A stretch of DNA of 64,000 bases from a virus (Duplodnaviria > Heunggongvirae > Uroviricota > Caudoviricetes): positions 59,622 through 123,621 of the IMG/VR virus record IMGVR_UViG_2974625098_000001; one strand, given 5' to 3'. This document shows, one piece after another, positions 53,224-62,053 of this stretch. The position numbers were made by a program, and so were the translations under genes. The notes beneath the pieces are model-generated. The model was not told where the DNA came from. It searched no databases and saw only the letters and a list, made by a program, of their open reading frames with translations. How positions within the stretch are numbered: position 1 is the stretch's first letter; each line of letters begins with the position of its first letter.

Positions 53224-53598
53224 ATGATTAACCTCAAGACGGTTGGTTACGCTAACGGTGTCCCTATCCCCACCGAGATGATTTTCGAGGGGCAGGACCC
53301 GTACACCATTGAGTTTGTTTTCCACCACGGCGGTGACACTCGATGGACCTTCTCCAAGGAACTGCTTGACGACCTGGAGAATAACGACCACACCGGAGAC
53401 GGTGACGTTCAGTTTGAGCTGGACGAGGGTACTCACACCCTGTCTATGGCCATCTGTTCGCCCGAAGGCTTTCTTGTTATCGAGTTCGACCCGTGCTCCG
53501 TGGACGAATTCCTGGAGGAGGTTAATTACTCCCCCGAGTTCGCTCATGCCACCGTTGAAATTACCGACGACGAGATTTACGGCTGGCTGGGTGCCTAG
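53224..53598 (+). CDS. hypothetical acidic protein
   Basis: track ORF; RBS TCGGGAGAGTCCA. Confidence 0.55.
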   Translation: MINLKTVGYANGVPIPTEMIFEGQDPYTIEFVFHHGGDTRWTFSKELLDDLENNDHTGDGDVQFELDEGTHTLSMAICSPEGFLVIEFDPCSVDEFLEEVNYSPEFAHATVEITDDEIYGWLGA

Positions 53599-53750
53599 TG
53601 TACGAAGTACAGCTCCGAACCTGGAATGTAGTGTGGTTCGGAATCAGAGAGCCAGATTGGGAAGACGAAGAGTGGGAAGAGGAAGAGGAAGAATTTTCTC
53701 TCCGAAACTCTAAGAAAAAGAATTCCCTCAAGGGTGGAATGCGAATCCGA

Positions 53751-53790
53751 AAAAATCCGTGAGATTTTTCGGGGGGTTTCGTAAAGGGGG
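53751..53790 (+). promoter_or_regulatory. copy 5 of bipartite motif AAAAAATCCGTGAGATTTTT-N-TTTCGTAAAGGGGG
   Basis: second half embedded in hairpin CGGGG..CCCCG. Confidence 0.45.
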
Positions 53791-54043
53791 AACCCCGTTC
53801 ATATTCAACTGCCCCGGACCGGACATCCGGGGCAAAGCTCGCACAAGGTGCAAATCGGACATACCGGACAGAGTAAAAAATCTTGAAGTTTGGGCTTGCC
53901 AAGTAAAGACAGGCCGCGTAGTCTTATGGATGTCGGCAGGGGAGAGCGACAGGGAACCAAGGCCCAACAGTCCCCCAGCTAGACAAAGTAAAGAAAATCC
54001 ACTAAGCTCTTACTCACAAGGGCACTCGGTCTCGGGAGTAAAA

Positions 54044-54394
54044 ATGAAGGTTTCCGCTCGCATCGTTCGCAAGTCCGTCTCCGTCAAGGGTCAGAAGAAG
54101 GTCGTTAGCGGCATCTCCGTCAAGAAGCTGGGCCGCAACGCTGCAAAGCACGAGGGTGACGCGGGTACGGTCATCATGACCAACGTCAAGTTCGGTAAGA
54201 CGGTCTGCGGTGACCTGGTGGAGGAGAGCGAGAAGCGGGTTATGCCGCGCTCCGCTAAGTTCGGCGCGGTGAGCTACTGGCCGAAGGCGCGTTACATCGG
54301 TTCTCTTGGCTACTACGTTGACGCTGAGACGGGCCAGAAGGTGACCAGCGCGACGGCTGTGTACATGGTCGGCAGCACCATCTACTACATGTGA
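54044..54394 (+). CDS. hypothetical protein
   Basis: RBS TCGGGAGTAAAA then ATG 54044; about 240 nt untranslated region upstream. Confidence 0.5.
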   Translation: MKVSARIVRKSVSVKGQKKVVSGISVKKLGRNAAKHEGDAGTVIMTNVKFGKTVCGDLVEESEKRVMPRSAKFGAVSYWPKARYIGSLGYYVDAETGQKVTSATAVYMVGSTIYYM

Positions 54395-54459
54395 GATAAG
54401 GTAAAACCGCAGGTCAGAGGCCCTGTCAGAACTTTTTCGAGAAAAGTTCGAGAAAAGTG

Positions 54460-54488
54460 TTGACAGGGCCAGGCGGGACCACTAGATT
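54460..54488 (+). promoter_or_regulatory. candidate promoter TTGACA-N17-TAGATT inside a 10-bp hairpin with tandem TCGAGAAAAG repeats
   Basis: GGCCCTGTCA ... TGACAGGGCC. Confidence 0.35.
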
Positions 54489-54542
54489 TTCTGTCATGGC
54501 CCGGAGGAAAAGCCACCGGGGGAATGACACAAGGAGCTAGTC

Positions 54543-54821
54543 ATGGCCCGCACCACCACCCGTAAGTCCGTCAGCATCGACGTTCGCTCGCTGAGCGGCG
54601 AGGTCCGCGAGTTCTGCCGCGAGAACGGCATCGCCATCGGCAGCCGGGGCCGCGTCTCGGCCGAGCTGTTCGTGGAGTACCTGATGACCCAGCCGAAGAA
54701 GACGCGTGAGCTGGCCAAGGCCCTCTCCGTCCCGGTCAACGACCGTGGCCGCGTGGCCTTCGAGACCACCGCTGCGGTCGGTGTGGCTCTGGCCACCAAC
54801 AAGGCCATCCGCGAGGCGTGA
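54543..54821 (+). CDS. Lsr2-like DNA-binding domain protein
   Basis: VREFCRENGIAIGSRGRVSAELFVEY resembles the Lsr2 C-terminal domain; second RGRV repeat follows; GC-rich. Confidence 0.45.
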   Translation: MARTTTRKSVSIDVRSLSGEVREFCRENGIAIGSRGRVSAELFVEYLMTQPKKTRELAKALSVPVNDRGRVAFETTAAVGVALATNKAIREA

Positions 54822-54950
54822 CCGCTAGTCCTGGGGTATGACTATCAAAACTGCCCCAATAATCTCTTCCCTCGGCTGGACAACCCGGCCGAGGATGCTG
54901 TATCTTTAGAGAGTCAGCAGGACAGGGCAACACAATCTCGGGAGTAGAAA

Positions 54951-55502
54951 ATGAACAAGCGTCAGTACCTCATTCAGCTCGGACTCGCCAAGCCTGGTAA
55001 GGGCCGGTTCTCCGCAGAGGGTAAGGCCGCGATTGAGCTGGCCATCTCGCAGGGCATTAAGTTTGACGAGCCCGTAGCTAAGCCGGTTTCCGCCCCCAAG
55101 CCGAAGGCCCCGAAGGTCGTCAAGGAGAAGGCCCCAAACAAGGGCTCTTACGACGCCAAGGCGATTCGTGCATGGGCCGAGCGTACCGGAGCTATCGAGA
55201 AGGGTAAGCGGGGCCGGATTCCGACCGACGTTATCAACGCTTACCTTGCTTCGCAGGGTACGGTTACCGCCCCGGTAAAGCGTGTGGTTACCGCTAAGCC
55301 GAAGGTTCGTGAGGTGACCGTGGGTTGGACCTACGCCCGTCGCGGTAAGAACGACAAGCCGTTTATCTCTGAGCCGCTTGTCGCGGTAAGCACCTGCGGC
55401 GGTTGTGCTAAGGGTGTTGCCTACTGCGGTTGCTCGAATGGGCCGGTTGCCCCGAAGTACCTCGGTGGCGAGCCGCTTATCATGGAGAAGCCCGCCGCAT
55501 AG
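54951..55502 (+). CDS. Lsr2-like protein with Cys-rich C-terminus
   Basis: IRAWAERTGAIEKGKRGRIPTDVINAY is a close match to the Lsr2 DNA-binding motif; PK-rich linker. Confidence 0.55.
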   Translation: MNKRQYLIQLGLAKPGKGRFSAEGKAAIELAISQGIKFDEPVAKPVSAPKPKAPKVVKEKAPNKGSYDAKAIRAWAERTGAIEKGKRGRIPTDVINAYLASQGTVTAPVKRVVTAKPKVREVTVGWTYARRGKNDKPFISEPLVAVSTCGGCAKGVAYCGCSNGPVAPKYLGGEPLIMEKPAA

Positions 55503-55572
55503 ACAGACTCTCTTAAAGCCTGTACCATAAGGGAAAGGGGAGGACCGTCCTCCCCTTAGCTAGGGAGAGTCT

Positions 55573-55830
55573 ATGGCAGCTCAAAGTTCAGAGGGTCGTG
55601 CGGCTCAGTCCGTTCTCAAGGGAATAGATGGATTGGGCTTCGACTCGGAAATCTTCGCTTACATTCTGGTCAGTCACGGCGGAAAGGCTCTCCGAAAGAG
55701 AATCATGAAGGTGGTCTTTTCAATCATTCGGACCCTGGCAGAAACGTACGACGCGGGGGATATGGATGACGAGACCTGCAACGCAAAGCGACTGACAGAC
55801 ACAATGGAACTCTTCCGAATGGAAGGGTAA
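55573..55830 (+). CDS. hypothetical protein
   Basis: track ORF. Confidence 0.5.
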   Translation: MAAQSSEGRAAQSVLKGIDGLGFDSEIFAYILVSHGGKALRKRIMKVVFSIIRTLAETYDAGDMDDETCNAKRLTDTMELFRMEG

Positions 55831-55892
55831 CCATTCCGCTAAGGGGCCGGGGTTTATCTCCTCGGCCCCTTTAGCTTGTTGGAAAGGAAACG

Positions 55893-56171
55893 ATGAAACC
55901 GCTTAATCTAACCGCACAGCTAAACCCCAAGGTGGTTGACGGCAAGGTTTACTTTGACCTTGACGCCTTGTGCGAAGTCCTCTTCTCGCACTGCACCGAA
56001 ATGTCTCAGCTTGCCAATGACCTACGTGACCCCATGCTAGGTCTGATGGTGATGGGTCAGACTGTGCTCGCACAGGCTCTAGATGACGTTCTGGGAGCCG
56101 AACAGGCTAAGCATGGCCTAGAAGTTACCGGGACTCCTCAGAGGCCCGCAGACGGGCACACAGAGGCTTAG
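55893..56171 (+). CDS. hypothetical protein
   Basis: track ORF; RBS GGAAAGGAAACG. Confidence 0.5.
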   Translation: MKPLNLTAQLNPKVVDGKVYFDLDALCEVLFSHCTEMSQLANDLRDPMLGLMVMGQTVLAQALDDVLGAEQAKHGLEVTGTPQRPADGHTEA

Positions 56172-56176
56172 AGGCC

Positions 56177-56206
56177 CGTTGACAATAATTCGCCAACGAT
56201 GCTACA
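56177..56206 (+). promoter_or_regulatory. promoter TTGACA-N18-TACAAT flanked by 9-bp inverted repeat TCGCCAACG/CGTTGGCGA
   Basis: exact consensus hexamers. Confidence 0.55.
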
Positions 56207-56358
56207 ATAAATTATACGTTGGCGAGGAAGCAGCAACGTTCTGAATTTCGGTACCCCTAGTCTAGTCGCGGGTCACGGCAAGGGGCTAAGCACAACATAA
56301 GCAGGCCGAAATTCATTTCCCAATCTGAATACCTGAATCTAACTCGGAGGATTTGTCA

Positions 56359-56463
56359 ATGCCGAACTTTATCGACTACGATGATGAGACCAACGACGTT
56401 GAGGTTGAGCGGGATAACCCGAGCGACGTGACTTACATTCTTGATGGTCTTCTTACTTTCTAA
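56359..56463 (+). CDS. 34-aa acidic peptide
   Basis: RBS CTCGGAGGATTTGTCA then ATG. Confidence 0.3.
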   Translation: MPNFIDYDDETNDVEVERDNPSDVTYILDGLLTF

Positions 56464-56477
56464 GGAAATACTCTTTC

Positions 56478-56687
56478 ATGGCTGTTGTTCGTCTTAGCAC
56501 TGCCCTTCGTAACGCCCCGGCTGTCAATGTTCAGTCCTGTGTCTATGGGATTGAGTGTGAGGTCAAGGAAAAGACTGACCCCGCCAACATTGTCTTTGAG
56601 CTGATTGGCAGTGTGGAAAAGATTCGTCTCATTGCTGCGAAGACGAATTCGCAGGTTGTGTCGCACCTGGATAAGGTAGCGATGTGA
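56478..56687 (+). CDS. hypothetical protein
   Basis: track ORF. Confidence 0.45.
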   Translation: MAVVRLSTALRNAPAVNVQSCVYGIECEVKEKTDPANIVFELIGSVEKIRLIAAKTNSQVVSHLDKVAM

Positions 56688-56761
56688 CACTAGCCCCGGT
56701 CTAAAAAGCCGGGGCTAAGCTTTGCCAGGAGGCTGGCAATATCGGAAACACTGGAGAATGA

Positions 56762-56998
56762 ATGTCTGACCGGTCTGTTCTTGACACCGTAGACGCTTAC
56801 GCTGTTGAGCCCGAGGACTACGTTCGCTTTGTCGATAGCGAAGGTGTTCATGAGGGCATTGTTCTGGCCATTGAGGACCACGGAGACGCCATTACGCTGG
56901 TGCTCTCGGATGACCTGGAGGGGGACACCATCGACTATCAGATAGAGGCCCTGTCACAGGTTGAGATTCTTGGCTTCGATGTTCTCGAAGTTGCTTGA
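56762..56998 (+). CDS. hypothetical acidic protein
   Basis: track ORF. Confidence 0.5.
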   Translation: MSDRSVLDTVDAYAVEPEDYVRFVDSEGVHEGIVLAIEDHGDAITLVLSDDLEGDTIDYQIEALSQVEILGFDVLEVA

Positions 56999-57153
56999 CA
57001 CCTAATGCTGGTGGAGCTACGCTCATAGCATGACTGTGACTGGATGGGCGGGGAAGGCTTTCGTCAGACTGGCGATGGAACTGCCCTTGCTTCCGCCCAT
57101 CCCGCGCAGACGGCTTTACGAATTCCTGATGTCCGCTCCGGAATCGGTCAAGC

Positions 57154-57582
57154 GTGAAGCTGCGAAACATCTACTGGATTCGGAGTGAACAAGTGGAAGC
57201 AAAGAGAAGGAGGCTTTGGCTTATCATTTCGGCGGGTCTTTCCGTCGTGATTCTTGTGTTGGTTATCGCACTGAGAGAAAATAGGCCATCGACCCAGTAC
57301 CAGGATTACCAATCCTGGGCAAGTACATTTGGTGTAGGCGATTGGACGCTTACCGAAGATACCACCAAGGATTTCGCTGAAAGCAATTGTCAGCACATCA
57401 TCAATGGTGGTGACCCTGGATGGTTGATTCGGAGTGCCGACCATCTAAAGGCCACGTCTGCGGTTTTCATGGCCTACTGCCCAACGGCTATTGAGAGCTA
57501 CCTGAAATACGTTGACAATGACGACAGGTACGACGAATATGCCAGCACCACCGCGCGTATCCGCAGGGACCTAGCTCGGTAG
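57154..57582 (+). CDS. signal-anchor membrane protein
   Basis: track ORF; N-terminal TM LWLIISAGLSVVILVLVIAL; start uncertain (GTG 57154 or 57190). Confidence 0.45.
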   Translation: MKLRNIYWIRSEQVEAKRRRLWLIISAGLSVVILVLVIALRENRPSTQYQDYQSWASTFGVGDWTLTEDTTKDFAESNCQHIINGGDPGWLIRSADHLKATSAVFMAYCPTAIESYLKYVDNDDRYDEYASTTARIRRDLAR

Positions 57583-57705
57583 GTTGCAAGGCGAGCAAGA
57601 TTATTCTCTCGCCAAGCTAGGGAGGGGTTGACTAGACCCCTCCCTTCTTGTTATTGTAGGTATCACAAGAGAGGGACAGGCCCTCTCCAGCTAGGAGGTA
57701 AGAAA

Positions 57706-58086
57706 ATGGACTCCACTCGGGGACTCCGACTGCACGCTACTGACCACGCGCTCAAGCAGATTCTCCAGAAGGGTTTCGCTGTTGAGAAGATTCGCGAGAC
57801 GTTCGAAAACCCGGTTAAGCTTTACAAGAATGGCAAGTACGAGGGACAGTACCGCGTGACGGGTAACGGAATTTGCCTGGTTGGTAAGCCGAAGGGCAAC
57901 ACATTCACCCTGATTACCGTTTACGAGGATGGCGTAATGACCCCGCCTCGGCCCGACCAGCTTGAGACCGAAGAGGGTAGGGCATACGCTGAGCGGTACG
58001 CTGAGGGGCTGGCGCGGGATAACGAGTACATGCCTCGCGCAATCGCTCGTGAGAGGGCACAGCGTAAGGCTCAGCGAGCCGCTTGA
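57706..58086 (+). CDS. hypothetical protein
   Basis: RBS CTAGGAGGTAAGAAA then ATG 57706 in frame of track ORF 57628. Confidence 0.55.
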   Translation: MDSTRGLRLHATDHALKQILQKGFAVEKIRETFENPVKLYKNGKYEGQYRVTGNGICLVGKPKGNTFTLITVYEDGVMTPPRPDQLETEEGRAYAERYAEGLARDNEYMPRAIARERAQRKAQRAA

Positions 58087-58153
58087 TTATCCGGCGGGGT
58101 GTGCTAGAATCGTAAGCACACCCGGTAAGCTCGTCCAGTGAGAGGCAGAGATA

Positions 58154-58585
58154 ATGCGTAAGACTGCTTGTGTCGTTGGCCTGATGGTTGCGAGTGTCGT
58201 TCTCACGGGATGCGGTGAGGACAAGCCCAAGACCCCTGAATTCCACGTCAAGCCCCCGAGCAAGGCCACTCTAACAAAGCTCCACAAGCAAGAGTGGGAG
58301 CGCGACTGGTTTGAGCCTCGCATCGTTGACGTGTGGCCCATGGGATACTGGAATGACCTTTCCGACGAGACTCAGGAAAAGATTTCCGACACGGCTTTTA
58401 AGGTTTGCCGACACATTCGTAACGATGATGACTGGGATGAGGACAGGGCGGAAGCGTACACCCTGGACGTTCTGAATTCCATGGAATCGCTGGACGAATA
58501 CCCCGGCAGCAGGGAAGACGCTGCTCAGCGAATTGTTTACCAGGCGGCTACTTGGGCGGACTACCTTTCAGAGCTGACCTGCTAA
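58154..58585 (+). CDS. lipoprotein
   Basis: signal peptide with lipobox LTGC. Confidence 0.55.
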   Translation: MRKTACVVGLMVASVVLTGCGEDKPKTPEFHVKPPSKATLTKLHKQEWERDWFEPRIVDVWPMGYWNDLSDETQEKISDTAFKVCRHIRNDDDWDEDRAEAYTLDVLNSMESLDEYPGSREDAAQRIVYQAATWADYLSELTC

Positions 58586-58650
58586 GCAATACTGGCCCCG
58601 AAAGGGGCCAAGCTTTTACCCACAATGTCTAGTATCTCGGGAGACATAGT

Positions 58651-58968
58651 ATGTGCTACAAGTGCGACGAGGACCGTTACAGCTACTCCGACGAGCCGAA
58701 GACGGTTGACGTTGTTATGCCCGATGCTGAGGGAATGCAGTACCGCACGGGCGGTGTTCTCGGTTACTGGAAGGATGTTCAGAAGGGGCAGACCTCTTTC
58801 GAGGTTCCTTATTCTCGAATCGAATTCCGTAAGAAGCCGAAGATGGTTGCCACGATTACCTACCCGACTAACACGGCGGTTTTCTACGACGAGGAATCGC
58901 TTAAGCGGGCTATCGAAATCAATCTCCAGAACGGTGCAAAGTTCGACCTTAAGGTTGAATGGAAGTAA
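58651..58968 (+). CDS. hypothetical protein
   Basis: track ORF; RBS TCGGGAGACATAGT. Confidence 0.55.
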   Translation: MCYKCDEDRYSYSDEPKTVDVVMPDAEGMQYRTGGVLGYWKDVQKGQTSFEVPYSRIEFRKKPKMVATITYPTNTAVFYDEESLKRAIEINLQNGAKFDLKVEWK

Positions 58969-59030
58969 TACCAGCCGGGCGAAAGCCCGGCAAGCTTTTC
59001 CCTATTCGTAACGACGAAAGAGTCTCGGGA

Positions 59031-59234
59031 ATGTCTAAGCCTCTCAGCATGGCCGTGTCAGAGCTGACCATCCGTGACGGATACGGGCGGGTTTCCAAGC
59101 GCTACCGGATGGTTCGAAGCAACGACATAATCAAGTGCCTGATGACTGTCTCTGAGTCATCTAATGAGAAGCACACGCAAGAGAACATCCGTAAGGTCAT
59201 AGACATGATTCTTGACCTCAACCCAAACGTCTGA
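59031..59234 (+). CDS. hypothetical protein
   Basis: RBS TCTCGGGA then ATG 59031 in frame of track ORF 58959. Confidence 0.5.
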   Translation: MSKPLSMAVSELTIRDGYGRVSKRYRMVRSNDIIKCLMTVSESSNEKHTQENIRKVIDMILDLNPNV

Positions 59235-59253
59235 AAGGCTTGCCCTACATCCC

Positions 59254-59284
59254 TTGCGGGGTGTAGGGTTTTGTCGTTGGCACC
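59254..59284 (+). terminator. rho-independent terminator
   Basis: CCCTACA-loop-TGTAGGG then TTTTGT. Confidence 0.55.
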
Positions 59285-59303
59285 CATAGGAAGGGCACAG
59301 AAA

Positions 59304-59549
59304 ATGGCTCAGGGCATTTGGATTAACGGGGAGCGCCCCAAGTCCAAGAAGGCAATTCGAGAGGCTGTGGAAACTAACCCAGCCATGGTGGACGTGGAAG
59401 CCACCAGCTTGCACGGGGGAGAGTACGGCGGTCCTCTCCACCAGGCTCCGGAAGGCACGATGATTGTCTTTGTCGGGCCAGACCCGTACAAGTCTCGGAA
59501 GTTCTACGGCACCATTACCAAGTTCAACGGAGAGCTTCACATTTCCTGA
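59304..59549 (+). CDS. hypothetical protein
   Basis: ATG 59304 after GGAAGGGCACAGAAA; in frame of track ORF 59271. Confidence 0.5.
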   Translation: MAQGIWINGERPKSKKAIREAVETNPAMVDVEATSLHGGEYGGPLHQAPEGTMIVFVGPDPYKSRKFYGTITKFNGELHIS

Positions 59550-59605
59550 GAGCGACAAGAATATCCCTCGGCCCGGAAAGGGTCGGGGGATTTTTCTTTT
59601 CCCGG

Positions 59606-59690
59606 AAAAAATTCGTGAGAAAATTTGGAGACTTTCGTAAGCTTCGTAAAGCCTAAAACTTGGAGATTTTTGCGAGCTTCGTAAAGGGGG
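59606..59690 (+). promoter_or_regulatory. copy 6 (internally duplicated) of bipartite CGTGAGA / TTCGTAAAG motif
   Basis: AAAAAATTCGTGAGAAAATTTGGAGACTTTCGTAAGCTTCGTAAAG ... TTGGAGATTTTTGCGAGCTTCGTAAAGGGGG. Confidence 0.4.
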
Positions 59691-59699
59691 TTTCCCAAA

Positions 59700-60560
59700 A
59701 CCAGGGCAAACCGGACATGGCGGGCATATCGGTAAAAATTAGGTAAAGGCCGGCATTTCCGGCAAATCGGACATTCGGGACATGCCGGGCGAAACGGACA
59801 TAGCGGTTATCCACAGGGTTTATCCACAACTGTGGATAACGTCTGGTTACGCTCCGGATAAGTTACTCGACAGTCCGTAGCAAAAGCTCTGTACGCCGTT
59901 CTAAGAGCCTTTCAGCGGGTGACCGGTACCCCAGGTCATTTTTCGTCTGTTCGGCCGTTAGACGCGATTTTCACGCTCCGTAGTATCTGATGAGCTGTCA
60001 GGGAAACGACGTTCCCGCACGTCACGGCCGGTTTTCCAATCTGATGAGCCGTTAGGTTACTCGCGAGTGTGCGCAGCCTGTTAGCTGTGGATAACTTCTT
60101 TTACCTACTCGTTACCGAAAGCCTATGGACATGAGCTAGACCGATGCTGTATCACGCGCGCTTTCCTCTAGCCAAAGAAGGGCAGGACTGTTTGGTTAGC
60201 TAACGAAATAATTCGCGTGCCTAAGCTTTCTCGCGTCAGCGCGAACGAGGTCATTTCATTAGCTAAGGAAATGGTTTCGTTAGGTAATGAAATAATTTCT
60301 TTACCTAAGCTAAATATATTTGCCGGCCTTTTTTCTTTAGTTAGGCTAACGAATAATCGAATTCGGACATTTTCGCGTTTCCGCAGGTCATGCAGGGTTT
60401 TCCAAGCAATTTCAAGATTTTTTAGGGAGCTGCACCCCCTCTGACCTGCGGTTTTGTGTTCGTTACCAATCCGTGATGAAAAGAAGCGCGCTTCAAGGTC
60501 AACAACGCACCCCATCTGACCTGCGGTTTTCTACAAAAGCCCAGGTCAGAGACTCGCGTA
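59700..60560. repeat. gene-free repeat block: DnaA boxes, CGGACAT iterons, AT-rich 21-nt direct repeats, CTGACCTGCGGTTTT repeats (candidate replication origin)
   Basis: TTATCCACA at 59807-59815 and 59820-59828, TGTGGATAA at 59831-59839 and 60086-60094; CGGACAT x4 at 59712-59800; TTAGCTAACGAAATAATTCG-like x4 at 60196-60365; CTGACCTGCGGTTTT x2 at 60441-60530. Confidence 0.5.
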
Positions 60561-60885
60561 GTGTTTACCTCAGAACGAAGCAAGCAAACGAAACGGAGAC
60601 AGACAGGAAAACGCGAAACACGCGGGACGCGAAACCCCCGCAGACGGTATGGGATGCCTGGCGGCCCACTTGGACATACGGCCAGAGAGTGACCAAACAT
60701 TACCGGTCGCGTTTCGCAAAAAGCTAGACCGTTCGGGTGAGTCGGAAAACAGTTCCGTGACCACGAATAAGGATGTGATGCCTGCCTATAAGCTGCGCTG
60801 CGCTCCGAACGGAAAACCGCTCCAATCGATTGAATGTCTCTAGGAATTCTTCCTAGCGGCATTCCGGGATTGGAAAGGAAAAGCT

Positions 60886-61182
60886 TTGAAGAAAAAGGGT
60901 GTTGTTCGGGTGGCTGGTGACGCTGAATACCGGGTGAAAATCCGGTACGTCAAGGCGCACACGAATTGTGGAATGTGCACCATCATGCACGACCACGAAG
61001 CGGCCCCGGTTTCCGGAATTGTGGAAATGGGTAAGGCGGTGGCTGAAATTCTCGAATATTTCAGTCACGACATTGTCCATTCCGAGCTGTATTCGCACTG
61101 CGAGCGTATCGGCGTAGAAGTCGAAAGGCAGCACAAGGGCGAATGGCTTTGTGACGCGCAGTACGAAATTACGAGGGACTGA
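60886..61182 (+). CDS. hypothetical Cys/His-rich protein
   Basis: track ORF; TTG start. Confidence 0.45.
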   Translation: MKKKGVVRVAGDAEYRVKIRYVKAHTNCGMCTIMHDHEAAPVSGIVEMGKAVAEILEYFSHDIVHSELYSHCERIGVEVERQHKGEWLCDAQYEITRD

Positions 61183-61184
61183 CA

Positions 61185-61466
61185 ATGGAAATTCAGTTGT
61201 TCGGAAAGCTCCCCGGCTGTTACGACAATGACGCGAAATGGCGTAGGGCATGGCGGATATTCGGTTACCGCAATTCGATGGGTGACCGGTATTACCTTTG
61301 CCTTACGCGGTGCGTCAAGTCGGATAGCGCGTGTGGCTGGTCCTATGACCAAAAGCGTGTGCGCCTGCCTTTCATGACTTTCAGGCAGGCAATGAAACTC
61401 CGCCGGATTGGCGGATTCACTCTCTACCGGTGGCAACTCGCGATAATGCGACACGTCGCTAAGTGA
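61185..61466 (+). CDS. hypothetical basic protein
   Basis: track ORF. Confidence 0.5.
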   Translation: MEIQLFGKLPGCYDNDAKWRRAWRIFGYRNSMGDRYYLCLTRCVKSDSACGWSYDQKRVRLPFMTFRQAMKLRRIGGFTLYRWQLAIMRHVAK

Positions 61467-61469
61467 CCC

Positions 61470-61558
61470 GCTGCAAAGCCTATGCGGGCCGGTTATCCGG
61501 CCCGTGTGGAATGCGCAGTAAGTCAAGCGCAGACAGAAAAGCTCGAAAGGGAAAAGCT
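61470..61558 (+). repeat. structured intergenic repeat, copy 1 of 3
   Basis: AAAGCCTATGCG, then hairpin GGCCGGTTATCCGGCC, then GTGTGGAATGCGC...AAGCGCAGA...AAAGCT. Confidence 0.5.
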
Positions 61559-61957
61559 ATGGACAAGCTCACTCGCCGAATTGCTCTCGCCGAATTGAAA
61601 GAACTCAAGGCGCGGGAAGCGGAATACCGCGCGGAGCGTGAGGAATGGTACCGGTCGGGCGACGGTCGGCGTCCGCATTACTGGACCGACCCGGAAACGG
61701 GCCGGACGCACAATTACGGCGGGAAGGGATACACGTTCCCTTACTGCGAGCATGGTTCGTCGCGTTGGACGGACTATGACAACATCTGCGGCCCGTGTGA
61801 GGACGGATACAGCGTCTATCAGTTGGCCATCTGGAATGCGGAAGAAAAGGTGTCCGCGTACCGTGAGCGCTGCGACTGGGTTTTGAGCGCTCCGAAGCAT
61901 CTTGACCCGGACACCAAAAGCGAATTGGTCAAGTGGGCAATTTCGGCACTGGATTAG
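61559..61957 (+). CDS. hypothetical Cys-rich protein
   Basis: RBS AAGGGAAAAGCT then ATG 61559; in frame of track ORF 61463. Confidence 0.5.
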   Translation: MDKLTRRIALAELKELKAREAEYRAEREEWYRSGDGRRPHYWTDPETGRTHNYGGKGYTFPYCEHGSSRWTDYDNICGPCEDGYSVYQLAIWNAEEKVSAYRERCDWVLSAPKHLDPDTKSELVKWAISALD

Positions 61958-62053
61958 GCTTTAGGCAAAGCCTATGGGTGTCGGGTAGCAATATCCGACA
62001 CCCGTGGAATGCGCCTAACGTCAAGCGCAGAGAAAAGCTAGAAAGGCTAGACC
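61958..62053 (+). repeat. structured intergenic repeat, copy 2 of 3
   Basis: same flanks as copy 1; hairpin replaced by TGTCGGGTAGCAATATCCGACA (compensatory changes). Confidence 0.5.

Noticed and set aside
59550-60560. Possible CRISPR array because of multiple direct repeats
   Set aside because: The repeats are heterogeneous in length and sequence and are not regularly spaced with unique spacers. They include DnaA boxes and iterons, which points to an origin rather than CRISPR. No cas genes are present.
60168-60862. Track ORFs inside the repeat block (60168-60515 minus, 60217-60444, 60422-60862 minus, 60473-60727, 60649-60843)
   Set aside because: They overlap iterons, AT-rich direct repeats and DnaA boxes, and have no RBS and low-complexity translations. 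The block is treated as a noncoding origin-like region.
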